Source: an uncultured delta proteobacterium
GTDB taxonomy: Bacteria; Myxococcota_A; Polyangia; Polyangiales; Polyangiaceae
Reading direction: 5' to 3'
Assembly (NCBI GenBank): GCA_963782055.1
Contig: CAWAIF010000003.1
Span: forward strand, 1,856,001 to 1,920,000
Length of the DNA: 64,000 nucleotides
Part shown: positions 42,272 to 52,491 of the stretch, piece by piece
Position numbering within the stretch: position 1 is the stretch's first letter
How the letters are laid out: each line of letters opens with the position of its first letter
The notes under the pieces: generated by a model
The model's database searches: none
What the model was told of the DNA's origin: nothing
The model's input: only the letters and a program-made list of their open reading frames with translations
Made by a program: the position numbers and the translations under genes

Positions 42272-44671
42272 ATGGAATGGATCCGCCCCTTCTCCACCCT
42301 CGGCATGGATGACGTCGCGCTGGTCGGCGGCAAGAACGCCTCGCTCGGCGAGCTGATCCGGGCGCTCGTCCCGAAGGGCATCCGCGTGCCCGACGGCTTC
42401 GCCGTGACGGCGCGCGCGTATCGCGAGTTCTTGAGGCGCGCGGACCTGGAGGGCGCGCTGCGTGACACGCTGGGCGGCGCGCACAAGGACGACACCGCCG
42501 ATCTGGCGAGGCGCAGCCAGCGGGCGCGCCAGCTCATCCTGCGCGCGCCCGTGCCGCGGGAGCTGGAGACGGCGATCGTGGAGCACTACCGCGCGCTCTC
42601 CTCCAGGTACGGCGAGGACGAGACCGACGTCGCCGTGCGCTCGTCCGCCACCGCCGAGGACCTGCCGGGCGCGAGCTTCGCCGGCGCGCAGGAGACCTTC
42701 CTCAACGTGCGTGGCGCCCCCTTCGTCGTCGACGCGGTCATCCGGGGCTTCGCCAGCCTCTTCACCGCGCGCGCCATCGCCTACCGGGAAGACATGGGCT
42801 TCGACCAGCTCGCCGTCGCGCTCTCGGTGGGCGTGCAGAAGATGGTGCGCTCCGATCTCGCGAGCTCCGGCGTCATCTTCACGCTCGACACCGAGACCGG
42901 GCACCGCGGGGTCATCCTGGTGACGTCGAGCTTCGGCCTGGGGGAGACCGTGGTGCAGGGGCGCGTGCTCCCCGACCAGTTCTGGGTGCACAAGCCCACC
43001 CTGCGCGAGGGCTACGCGTCGCTCATCCGCAAGAAGCTCGGCACCAAGGAGGTCAAGCTCGTCTACGACACCGAGGAGAACCGCCAGGTCAAGAACGTGC
43101 GCGTGTCGGACGACGACCGCGCGCGCTTCTCTTTGAGCGACGAGGACGCCCTCACCCTGGCGCGGTGGGCCGCCGCGATCGAGACGCACTACACCGAGCG
43201 GGCCGGCGCGGACACGCCGATGGACATCGAGTGGGCGAAGGACGGCCGCTCCGGCGAGCTCTTCGTCGTGCAGGCGCGCCCGGAGACGGTGCACTCGCGA
43301 CAGCGCGGCACGACGCTGAAGGTCTACTCGCTCCACGGCAAGGGCAAGCGCCTCACCGTGGGCCTGGCCATCGGGGAGGGGATCGCCAGCGGCAAGCCGC
43401 ACGTCATCGCGGAGGCGCGCAACATCGACCAGTTCCGCCCGGGGGAGGTCCTCGTCACGCGCAGCACCGACCCCGACTGGGAGCCCATCATGAAGGTGGC
43501 CTCCGCCATCGTGACCGATCAGGGCGGCCGGACCTCCCACGCCGCCATCGTCGCGCGCGAGCTCGGCATCCCGGCCCTCGTCGGGACGGCCGACGCCACG
43601 CGCGTGCTCCGCGGCGCGAAGCGCGTGACCGTCTCCTGCGCCGAGGGGGAGATGGGGAACGTCTACGAGGGCGAGCTGCCCTTCGAGGTGACCGAGATCG
43701 ACTCGTCGAAGCTCCCGCACACGCGCACCAAGGTGATGCTCAACGTCGGCAACCCGGAGCAGGCCTTCAAGCAGTCGCTGCTCCCCTCCGACGGCGTCGG
43801 GCTCGCACGCATGGAGTTCATCTTCGCGAGCTGGGTGGGCGTGCACCCGCTGGCGCTGACGCGCTACGACACCCTGGACGAGGCGGGGCGGGCGGAGGTG
43901 GACCGTGTGGTGGGCGACGGCATGGAGGACAGGAGCGCCTTCATGGTCGACGAGCTGGCCCAGGGCATCGGCACCATCGCCGCGGCCTTCTTCCCGCGCC
44001 CCGTCATCCTGCGCTTCAGCGACTTCAAGACCAACGAGTACGCGAAGCTCGCCGGCGGCGCGGCCTTCGAGCCGAAGGAGGACAACCCCATGCTCGGCTG
44101 GCGCGGCGCGAGCCGCTACTACCACCCCGACTACAAGGAGGGGTTCCTCCTGGAGTGCGCCGCCGTCAAGCGCGTGCGCGAGACCTTCGGCCTGACCAAC
44201 CTCAAGCTGATGATCCCCTTCTGCCGCACGCCGCAGGAGGGGCAGAAGGTGCTCGACACGATGGCGGAGGCGGGCCTGGTGCGCGGCGAGAAGGGGCTGG
44301 AGGTCTACGTGATGGCGGAGATCCCCTCCAACATCCTGCTCGCCGAGCGCTTCGCCGAGATCTTCGACGGCTTCTCCATCGGCTCCAACGACCTGACGCA
44401 GCTCACGCTCGGCGTCGACCGCGACTCGTCGACCATCGCGGCGCTGTTCGACGAGCGCAACGACGCGGTGAAGTGGTCGTGCGCGCACCTCATCGAGTGC
44501 GCGCACGCGGCGGGACGCAAGGTGGGCATCTGCGGGCAGGCGCCCTCCGATTACCCCGAGTTCGCCGAGTTCCTCGTCGAGCAGGGGATCGACTCGATCA
44601 GCCTGAGCGCAGACGCCGTGGTGCGCACGCTCGAGCGGGTGGCGAAGGCGGAGAAGAAGAAGCGGCGGTGA
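42272..44671 (+). CDS. ppsA: Phosphoenolpyruvate synthase
   Basis: VGGKNASLGE, AVRSSATAEDLP, DIEWAKD, GGRTSHAAI (phospho-His), GFSIGSNDLTQL and GICGQ. Confidence 0.97.
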   Translation: MEWIRPFSTLGMDDVALVGGKNASLGELIRALVPKGIRVPDGFAVTARAYREFLRRADLEGALRDTLGGAHKDDTADLARRSQRARQLILRAPVPRELETAIVEHYRALSSRYGEDETDVAVRSSATAEDLPGASFAGAQETFLNVRGAPFVVDAVIRGFASLFTARAIAYREDMGFDQLAVALSVGVQKMVRSDLASSGVIFTLDTETGHRGVILVTSSFGLGETVVQGRVLPDQFWVHKPTLREGYASLIRKKLGTKEVKLVYDTEENRQVKNVRVSDDDRARFSLSDEDALTLARWAAAIETHYTERAGADTPMDIEWAKDGRSGELFVVQARPETVHSRQRGTTLKVYSLHGKGKRLTVGLAIGEGIASGKPHVIAEARNIDQFRPGEVLVTRSTDPDWEPIMKVASAIVTDQGGRTSHAAIVARELGIPALVGTADATRVLRGAKRVTVSCAEGEMGNVYEGELPFEVTEIDSSKLPHTRTKVMLNVGNPEQAFKQSLLPSDGVGLARMEFIFASWVGVHPLALTRYDTLDEAGRAEVDRVVGDGMEDRSAFMVDELAQGIGTIAAAFFPRPVILRFSDFKTNEYAKLAGGAAFEPKEDNPMLGWRGASRYYHPDYKEGFLLECAAVKRVRETFGLTNLKLMIPFCRTPQEGQKVLDTMAEAGLVRGEKGLEVYVMAEIPSNILLAERFAEIFDGFSIGSNDLTQLTLGVDRDSSTIAALFDERNDAVKWSCAHLIECAHAAGRKVGICGQAPSDYPEFAEFLVEQGIDSISLSADAVVRTLERVAKAEKKKRR

Positions 44672-44695
44672 GCCGGGCCCGCCCGTGGCCGGATC

Positions 44696-45400
44696 TCAGC
44701 GCACCAGGCCGAGCCGCATGAGCTGCTGGAGCAGGCGCAGCGCCTCCACGCGCGGCATGCCGGCGACGTCCAGGACGGACTCCAGCGTCAGCTGGCCGTC
44801 GATCTGCGCGAGCAGGAAGCCGGCGCGGTGGTCGAGCGTCGAGGGCAGGCGCATCAGCGCGTCCGGCGCGAGGGCCGGCACGCGCTCGACCGGGCCGATG
44901 GCCGCGAGGATGGATCCCTCGATCTCGCCGCGACAGGCGGACGCGCAGTCGTTGGCGAGAGCGTTCTGCGCGTCGGCGGCGAGCACCGCCTCGGCGAGGT
45001 CGAGCGCGCCGGCGAAGTCGCCGCCGGTGAAGCTGCGCCACATGCGGTCCACCAGCGTCGGTACGCTCGGCGGGATGGACGCGTCCAGGTCCTCCTCCGG
45101 CGGGATCGGGAGCGGCGCCGCGGTGCGCAGCCGCACCTCGCTGCCTTCCTCTTCCTCGTCGCCCAGCACCGGGATGAGGGAGAGCGGCCGCACCTGGCTG
45201 TCCTCCAGCTCCTCCAGCTCGTCCCGCTGCGGGCGCACGCCGCTCGACTCCGGCGGCGGACGCTGCGAGCGGCGCGCCTGCTGCCTGGCGAACGTCTCCA
45301 GGTCCATGGTGGGGGTGGTGCGATCGCCGTCGCTCTCCGTTCGCGTCCAGCCCGTGGACGGGGAGGGGGTCGTGCGTCGCTTCGGAGTGTCCGCCGCCAT
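44696..45400 (-). CDS. Hypothetical myxobacterial protein (disordered N-terminus, TPR-like helix pair, winged-helix-like C-terminus)
   Basis: GDFAGALDLAE...A and LDHRAGFLLAQIDG...ALRLLQQL. Confidence 0.75.
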   Translation of the reverse strand: MAADTPKRRTTPSPSTGWTRTESDGDRTTPTMDLETFARQQARRSQRPPPESSGVRPQRDELEELEDSQVRPLSLIPVLGDEEEEGSEVRLRTAAPLPIPPEEDLDASIPPSVPTLVDRMWRSFTGGDFAGALDLAEAVLAADAQNALANDCASACRGEIEGSILAAIGPVERVPALAPDALMRLPSTLDHRAGFLLAQIDGQLTLESVLDVAGMPRVEALRLLQQLMRLGLVR

Positions 45401-45625
45401 GGCTCCTGTCTGCTCAACCCCCTGCTAGCCGGTGCACCTCACGTTGCACCAGGCTCAAGTGTGCACCGTCGTCACTCCCCTGCAAAGGCTTCGTCACCGC
45501 TGGCGGCGCGACCCACCGTCCGATTGAACGCCGTAAACCCGGGACGTCGCCGCATTCCTGGGCCTTTCGACGCGGGCGGCGGCTGGTGCCGGTGTGGGTC
45601 CTTACACCACAAATCGGTCATCGCC

Positions 45626-47893
45626 CTAGAAGCGAAGGCACGCCAGGATGTTCACGTAGTCGTCCGTCCACGGCCGGAGCGAGGAGGGCGGCAGGTCGCG
45701 CCAGTCCGGGCCCGTCGCCGCGCGCGCCTGCTGCTCGGTACGCGCGAGCAGGATCCACCGCGAGGGCGCCTTGCCGTCGCGTGCGAGCAGCTCGCGCGCG
45801 CGGTCGGTGCCACCCTCGTCCTGCCGCTCGACGGCGCGCCAGCCGTCGGCCTTCGCCACCGCCGCGACGACGCGACCCAGATCGAGGTAGCGGTTGGACA
45901 CGTTCATCAGGATGCTCGCGCCGGGCGTGAGCTTGCGCGCGTACATCGCGAACGCCTCGCGCGTGAGGAGGTGGGTCGGCACCACGTCGCTCGTGTACGC
46001 GTCGAGCACCAGGAGGTCGAAGGAGGCGTCGGGCGCCCGCGCCAGCTCCACGCGCGCGTCACCGAGCACCACCTTGATCGCCGCGCCCCGCGCGCGCGCG
46101 TCGCCCACGAAGGTGAAGAGGCTCGGATCCTCCGCGATGCGGCGCACGACAGGATCGATCTCGTAGAAGGTGAAGGACTGGCCGGCGTCCGCGTAGGTGG
46201 CGAGGGACGCCACGCCCAGGCCGATGAGCGCGGCGTGCCGGGGCGCGATGCGAGACAGCGCCTCGCCGCCGGGGCCCGTCGCGTGGTAGTAGGCGCCCGC
46301 CACGCGCCGCCGCGCCGGGTCGGTGGACTGCAGGCCGTGGATGGTGGTGCCCTGGACGTAAAGGTGACGCGCGTGAGCGCGGTCCTCCAGCACGCCGTGC
46401 GTGGCGAAGAAGCTGCGGCCGCGAAAGAGCACCGAGCTCCCGGCGCGACCGACGTCGGGCGCGGCGAGCACCAGGAGCACGACCCACGCGAAGCGCGCCA
46501 CCCGCGCGCGCATGCTCCACGCGACCACGCACGCGACCGTCACCGCCTGCGCGACGACGAAGAGGCGCAGCGTGTCGCTCCCGCCGCGCGTGGCGCGCAC
46601 GGCGACGGCCACCAGGCCGGCCAGGGCCAGCGGCAGAAGCACCCCCCTGGCGACGGCCCGCAGCCGGCGGCGCGCGGCGTGCGGGTCCGGCGCGCCCTCC
46701 ACCTCCCGCACCACCTCGGCGAAGTCGCGCGCGGGCGCGTGGCCGGCGGAGAAAGGCATCCACACGCGCACCGCGCACGCGAGCGCCACCACCAGCGGGT
46801 ACTCCCAGAGCGCCGGGAACACGAGCGGCGCGACGATGGCGTTGAAGACGCCGCCCAGCGCGCCGCCGAAGGACACCGCCAGGTAGAAGGCCGTCAGGTG
46901 CTCCGGCGGAGGCTTGCGGCGCGCCAGCTCGCCGTGGCACGCCAGGGCGACGACGAAGAACGCGCCGAAGTGGACGAGCGTCGCCAGCCAGAGCAGCCTG
47001 TCGGCGCCGACGGTCATGGTGAAGACGAGGGCGAGCACCGCGCCGGGCATCCAGGCCACCGCCCGCGCATGCGCGATGCGCGGCCGCGCGGAGAAGGGGA
47101 TGATGAAGGCGACGAGGTAGAGCGCGAGGGGCACCACCCAGAGCAGCGGGACGGGCGCGACGTCGGTCGTGACGAAGGTGGTGACGCCGAGCAGCAGGCT
47201 GGAGGGCACGAAGGCGAGGACGACCCACCGCGCGACGTCCCGCGCCGGGATGGGTGCCGCCATGGCCGAGGGCGCGCTCGCCGGCGAGGGCGAAGGTGAA
47301 GGCGCGCGCTGCCGGAGCAGCGGCCAGCCGCACAGGACAATCATGGCCGCCGCGGCGACGTAGGCCGCCGACCACCCGCGCGCCTGCGCGCGCAGCGTGG
47401 TGAGCGGCTCCACGAGCACCGGGTAGGCGAGGAGCGCGAGCAGGCTCCCGGCGTTGCTTGCAGAATACAAGGGATACGGGTCCGCGCGACCGTCGCTCGC
47501 CCGGTGGAGCCAGCGCCCGAGGAGCGGGCCGGTGGCCGACAGCGCGACGAAGGGCAGGGCGACCCGGCGGGCGAGGTGCAGCAGCAGCCAGCCCATCGGG
47601 AAGGCCTCGGCGGGCGGCGGCGACCCGACCGGGGGCCGCAGCGGCAGCGCGGCGAGCGCCAGCCCGAGCAGCGCGGCGTGCACCAGCGGCTGCGCGCGCG
47701 CCGGGACGCGCGTCGCGACGGCGTGGGCGTACGCGTACCCCACGAGCAGCGACACCTGGAAGAAGAGCAGGCAGGTGGCCCACACCTCCGGCGCCCCGCC
47801 GAGCACGGGAAGCAGCATCTTGCCCACCACCGGCTCGACGGCGAAGAGCAGCGCGGCGGAGAGAAAGGTGGTGAGCGCGAAGACGGCTCGCAC
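45626..47893 (-). CDS. Fused membrane transporter-like / spermidine-synthase-like methyltransferase
   Basis: LPVLGGAPEVW, YSASNAGS, CHGELA, GTTIHGLQ, IGLG, YEIDP, GDAR, LDAY and WTDDY. Confidence 0.9.
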   Translation of the reverse strand: MRAVFALTTFLSAALLFAVEPVVGKMLLPVLGGAPEVWATCLLFFQVSLLVGYAYAHAVATRVPARAQPLVHAALLGLALAALPLRPPVGSPPPAEAFPMGWLLLHLARRVALPFVALSATGPLLGRWLHRASDGRADPYPLYSASNAGSLLALLAYPVLVEPLTTLRAQARGWSAAYVAAAAMIVLCGWPLLRQRAPSPSPSPASAPSAMAAPIPARDVARWVVLAFVPSSLLLGVTTFVTTDVAPVPLLWVVPLALYLVAFIIPFSARPRIAHARAVAWMPGAVLALVFTMTVGADRLLWLATLVHFGAFFVVALACHGELARRKPPPEHLTAFYLAVSFGGALGGVFNAIVAPLVFPALWEYPLVVALACAVRVWMPFSAGHAPARDFAEVVREVEGAPDPHAARRRLRAVARGVLLPLALAGLVAVAVRATRGGSDTLRLFVVAQAVTVACVVAWSMRARVARFAWVVLLVLAAPDVGRAGSSVLFRGRSFFATHGVLEDRAHARHLYVQGTTIHGLQSTDPARRRVAGAYYHATGPGGEALSRIAPRHAALIGLGVASLATYADAGQSFTFYEIDPVVRRIAEDPSLFTFVGDARARGAAIKVVLGDARVELARAPDASFDLLVLDAYTSDVVPTHLLTREAFAMYARKLTPGASILMNVSNRYLDLGRVVAAVAKADGWRAVERQDEGGTDRARELLARDGKAPSRWILLARTEQQARAATGPDWRDLPPSSLRPWTDDYVNILACLRF

Positions 47894-47899
47894 GTTGCG

Positions 47900-48934
47900 T
47901 CAGTCGTCCGACCCCTCGCGCGCCGACGGGATCGGAGCGGGCGGGGGCATCGTCGTCCCCGCGGCGCCGCGGGGCATCGCGCTCGCGCTCCTCAGCCAGC
48001 CCATCTGCCGGGCGCGGTCGCCGGGGAAGAGGTTCTCCAGGATGGGCGCGATGAGGCCGGACACGTCGTGCGCGGTCACCTGCCGGACGAAGGCGTGCAG
48101 GTCTCGCGCGAGCGCGGCGGCGTCGGGGTAGCGGTTGTCCCGGTTGCGCTGCAGCGCCTTGTCCACGATCTGCCAGAGCGCCGGCGGGTAGCCCGCCACC
48201 AGCTTGCGGGCGTCGGGGATGGGCCCGCCGCGCACGGCCTTCACCGTCTCCACGTCGTCCTCGCGCTTGAAGAGGCGGCGCATCGTCGTCATCTCCCAGA
48301 GCGTGGTGCCCAGCATGAAGATGTCGGCGCGGTGGTCGATCTCCAGCTGGAGGATCTGCTCCGGCGAGAGGTACGGCAGCTTGCCCTTCACGACGCCGGC
48401 CGAGCTCTGCGCGCGCCGGCCGAGCGACTTGGCGAGGCCGAAGTCGAAGAGCTTCACCTGGCCGTCGTAGGTGAGAAAGACGTTGCTCGGGTTGACGTCG
48501 CGGTGGATGACGCGCAGGGAGGCGCCGCGCTCGTCGGCCAGCGCGTGGGCGTGGGCGAGGCCCTCGGCGACGCGCGCGGCGATGTGCGCGCTGAGGTCCA
48601 GGCGGAGGGAGACGCCGCGCGCGACGCACGCGTCCCAGACGTCGACGAGCGTCCGCCCGAGCAGGAGCTCCATCGCGATGAAGTGGTGGCCGTCCTGCTC
48701 GCCGAAGTCGTAGGTGCGCGTGATGTTGTCGTGAGAGAGGCGGGAGAGGATCTTCGCCTCGTCCAGGAACATGTCGACGACGTGCGGGCTCTCGGCGAGC
48801 TCGTGGCGCAGCACCTTGATGGCGGCGACGTGATCGGGCGCGCGGCCGAGATAGATGGTGGCCATCCCGCCGCCGCCGATCTTGGCGACGACGTCGTATC
48901 GGCCGAGGCGCTTCGGACGGGGAGGGGGAGGCAT
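47900..48934 (-). CDS. Ser/Thr protein kinase
   Basis: GGGGMATIY, AIK, HRDVNPSN, DFGLAK and KGKLPYLSPEQ. Confidence 0.94.
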   Translation of the reverse strand: MPPPPRPKRLGRYDVVAKIGGGGMATIYLGRAPDHVAAIKVLRHELAESPHVVDMFLDEAKILSRLSHDNITRTYDFGEQDGHHFIAMELLLGRTLVDVWDACVARGVSLRLDLSAHIAARVAEGLAHAHALADERGASLRVIHRDVNPSNVFLTYDGQVKLFDFGLAKSLGRRAQSSAGVVKGKLPYLSPEQILQLEIDHRADIFMLGTTLWEMTTMRRLFKREDDVETVKAVRGGPIPDARKLVAGYPPALWQIVDKALQRNRDNRYPDAAALARDLHAFVRQVTAHDVSGLIAPILENLFPGDRARQMGWLRSASAMPRGAAGTTMPPPAPIPSAREGSDD

Positions 48935-49009
48935 TCCCGGGGGGATGATACAACAGGTCTCGACGAGGTTTCCGCGCGCCGGTCGACGTGGGATGATCCG
49001 GGGCTCGAC

Positions 49010-51500
49010 ATGGCGGCGCTCCGACGCAACCTCTACGGCACGATCGCCGTCCTCGCCCTGGGGGCTCTGCCGGGCGGGGCGTGCGGCTCCGGGCCGAGCC
49101 CGGTCGTGCTGTCGTCGAGCGACGCGACCGTGACGGTGTCGCTCGACCCCTTCTCCCTCACCATCGGCGACGGCTCGGGGAAGCCTGTGCTCGAGACGCT
49201 CTCCGGCGGCGGGGACGACGCGTACGGCGGCGTCGCGACCACCGTGGACGTGCCGACGTACTCCGCCCAGCTCCTCGAGGGCTGGGACGAGTACGCCGCG
49301 GGCGAGGGCCCCTTCCGCCACGCCACCCGCGCGACCGTCGCGAGTCGCACCGCCGGGTCGGTCACCCTGAGCCTCACCGGCGACGGCGATCTCGCGATGA
49401 AGCTCGTCGTGTCGCTGGACGGCGCGCGCGTGCACCTGTCGCTCGACGCGCCGCCCAACAAGACGACGATGTCCTTTCATTCCACCGCCGACGAGCACTT
49501 CTTCGGCATGGGCGAGCGCTTCGGGACGGTCGATCACCGCGGCTGGTCGCTCTACAGCTGGGCCGAGGAGGGCGGGCTCGGGCAAGGCGAGAACACGCCG
49601 GTGAGCGACACCAACCCGTACCCGCACGGCCCCTCCATGACGTACTTCCCGGTGCCCTTCTTCCTTTCGAGCCACGGCTACGGCGTGCACCTGGAGACCA
49701 CCTTTCGCACCGAGGTCCACTTCGCGAGCGAGCGCGACGACGCGTGGCGCTTCGCCGTCGAGGCGCCGGCGTGGGACGCGACGGTCTACGTGCACCATGA
49801 CCCGCTCGCGACCCTCGACGACTACACCGCCGACACCGGACGCCCGCTCGTGCCCGCGCCGTGGGTGTTCGGCGCGCGACGACGCGTCGGCGACAAGTCG
49901 ATGGTGAACGGCGTCCCGGAGTGGCAAGCGATGCGCCAGAACCACGTGCCCATCACCGGCATGGACGACTCCGTCCACTTCCTGCCCGCCCTCTCGCAGA
50001 CCGGCCGCGAGGCGGAGCTCCAGCAGTGGACGGCCACGGCGCACGCCGAAGGCTACAAGGTCATGGCGTACAACAACCCGTACGTCGCCGCGAACAACGC
50101 CAACGCGGCGGCGGACTACGCCTACGGGCTCGCGCACGGCTACTTCGTGAAGAACCCCGACGGCACGCCGGTCCTGAACAACTTCATCTCCGGCACGCTG
50201 CTCCAGGTCTCGCCGATCGATCTCACCAACCCCGACGCCGTGACGTGGTTCCAGAGCCTCCTGCAGCGCACGCTCGACCTCGGCTACGACGGGTGGATGC
50301 ACGACTTCGGCGAGTACACGCCGCACGACGCCGTGTTCTTCGACGGGCGCCGGGGCGACGAGATGCACGACGAGTACCCGGTGCTCTCGGCGAAGGCGGC
50401 GCACGACCTCCTCGTCGCCGAGCGGCCCAACGACTTTCTCTTCTTCGTGCGCTCCGGCTACGCGGGCACGCAGGCGTACGTGCCCGCGGTGTGGGGCGGC
50501 GACGCGGAGGCGACGTTCGACACCACGCAGGGCATCCCGTCGGTGGTGCGCGGCGGCGTGAACCTCTCCATGAGCGGCGTGCCCTACTGGGGCAGCGACG
50601 GGACGGGCTTCAAGTGCCTCACCAGCTTCCCGCACGACAAGGAGATGTTCTTGCGGTGGGTCGAGATCATGGCGGCGTCGCCGATGATGATGGAGGACAA
50701 CGCGTGCTCCAACCCCATCCAGGGCACCCAGCCGAAGTGGTCGCTCTGGAGCGACGCCGAGACGACCACGACGTACGCGCGCTGGGCGCGTCTCCACACC
50801 CGCCTCGCGCCGTACTTCTGGGCGCTCGCCGAGCGCGCGCACAGCGCCGGCACGCCCCTCACGATGCACCCGTTCTTGCTCTTTCCCGACGCGCCGCAGG
50901 CGTGGTCCATCGAGGACGCGTACTACCTCGGGCCGGCGCTCTACGTGTGGCCGGTCGTCGCGCGCGGCGGCACGGAGAAGCACGGCTGGATGCCGCCGGG
51001 CCGCTACGTCGACCTGAACGATTTCCGCGTCTACGCCGGCGGCGCCGAGGTGAGCGTGCCCGCGCCGCTCGACGACCTGCCGATCTTCCTCGTGGAAGGC
51101 CAGATCGTGCCGATGCTCGAATCCGTCGATCGACACGCTCGCGCCGGCCACCAATCCGGCCGTCGTCACGCCGGAGCGCGTCGCCGACCGGCTCGACGTC
51201 CAGGTCGCCCTCGCGCCGGGCGATCACGCGCACTTCACCATGACCGACGGCACCACCCTCGACGCCGAGCGCCTCACCGCCGACGCGGGCAACCCCGCCT
51301 CGCTCGCCGGCGTCCCGCCTGCCCAGATCGCCGACTGCGCGTCGTGCTTCGAGGAGGAGACGCCCGGCGACGTCGCGCGGCTCCGGGTGAACACGGCGCT
51401 CGCGGCGGGCTCGGACGTCACGCTGGAGGATGTGCACCTCGTCGTGACCGGCGGTCCGGCCCGGCGCGTGCGGTGGGACGTCCTTCGGCTGAAGCCGTGA
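49010..51500 (+). CDS. Glycoside hydrolase family 31 lipoprotein (apparent +1 frameshift at 51120-51121)
   Basis: FFGMGERF, nucleophile GWMHDFGEY, WGGD and GSDGTGF. Removing one A from CTCGAATCCG gives LDPSIDTLAPATNP... and joins ORF 51240-51500. Confidence 0.88.
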
Positions 51501-51514
51501 CCGAGGAGCAGGCC

Positions 51515-51553
51515 GGGGGATGCCCCTCCGGGTGCACGGAGCGGACCTCGGCG
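51515..51553 (+). repeat. Internally deleted copy of the ~190-bp repeat at 55923/56887
   Basis: gggggatgcccctccggg (repeat 5' end), 8 nt, then gcggacctcggcg (repeat 3' end). Confidence 0.75.
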
Positions 51554-51617
51554 AGGCCGGGTGAGCCAGCCGGTGGCGCATTCTTGTCTCCGGCCCGGAA
51601 CCGCGCTTCCATGGGCC

Positions 51618-52229
51618 ATGCTCACGGAGGTGAAGTGTCCGCGGTGTGGCGCTCCGCTGCCCGCCTCGAAGGCGCGCGACCGCACGTGTCCGTTCTGCGG
51701 TGCGGACGTGGTGGCGGAGGCCCCGGCGCCCGTCGTCGTGCGCGAGGTGATAGAGCGCGTGATCGTCGTCGACCAGGCCGGCAAGACGAGCATGCCGTGC
51801 CCGCGCTGCTCCAGCGCGCTCTTCGAGGGCAGGACGCAGGCGACCACCCTCCACGGGTGCGGCGAGTGCGGCGGCGTGTGGCTGGACAACGGCGGGACCC
51901 GGCGCGTGCTGTCGTTGCTCGACCCGGGGATCGTCACGCTGGCCGATCAGGCGTCGAGCCACGCGCGCCCCGTGCAGCCATCCCCGGGCGCTCCGATGCG
52001 CTGCCCCGTCGGCGGCGAGACGCTCTCCCCCGTCGCCGTCGGCGACGTCCAGGTGGACATCTGTAAGGATCACGGCACCTGGTTCGACAAGAACGAGGTG
52101 CACCGAGTGTGGGCGTGGCTCCAGGAGGCGCACCGCCCGGCCTACGACTACGGCCCCGCCGCCGCCGAGGCGATGGAGAACGAGCGCTTCGCGAAGGTGC
52201 TGTTCGGGGGCCTGGTGCGGGGGTTTTGA
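51618..52229 (+). CDS. Zinc-ribbon (zf-TFIIB) domain protein
   Basis: CPRC...CPFC, CPRC...CGECGGVWLD, and CPVG...DICKDHGTWFD. Confidence 0.85.
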   Translation: MLTEVKCPRCGAPLPASKARDRTCPFCGADVVAEAPAPVVVREVIERVIVVDQAGKTSMPCPRCSSALFEGRTQATTLHGCGECGGVWLDNGGTRRVLSLLDPGIVTLADQASSHARPVQPSPGAPMRCPVGGETLSPVAVGDVQVDICKDHGTWFDKNEVHRVWAWLQEAHRPAYDYGPAAAEAMENERFAKVLFGGLVRGF

Positions 52230-52435
52230 CCCCTCCGGCGAGAACGTCAGGTCGTAGTGAGGGCGGGGTGCCCGCTCCACTCGGGGTCGACGTCGGCGAG
52301 GTCGACCTCGAGGAGGACGGCGCGTTCGTCGATGGTGACTCGCAGCGGTCCTGACCCCTGCGCCGTCCACTCGTGATCGATGGCGCGGCCCGCGAGCTTC
52401 GGCACCACCGACAGGGTGCTGACACGGGTCCCTTC
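52230..52435 (-). pseudogene. Degraded gene fragment
   Basis: Startless frame with coding-like GC3 bias, RVSTLSVVPKLAGRAIDHEWTAQGSGPLRVTIDERAVLLEVDLADVDPEWSG, continuing in another frame as HYDLTFSPEG. Confidence 0.5.
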
Positions 52436-52491
52436 TCACGGGCATCCAGGGACTGGTCGAGCCGCTCCGGACCCTCGACGGGCGAGGGTGA

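Noticed and set aside
50280..50320. GH31 as a sulfoquinovosidase (WMHDFGEY resembles YihQ)
   Set aside because: The motif alone is not diagnostic, sulfonate-binding residues could not be identified, and there are no sulfoglycolysis genes nearby.
47504..52066. Giant ORFs (1520 aa here; also 824-4228, 18226-21480, 47900-51169, 56211-61001)
   Set aside because: Stop-poor shadow frames of high-GC DNA. Only sub-segments carry recognisable motifs.
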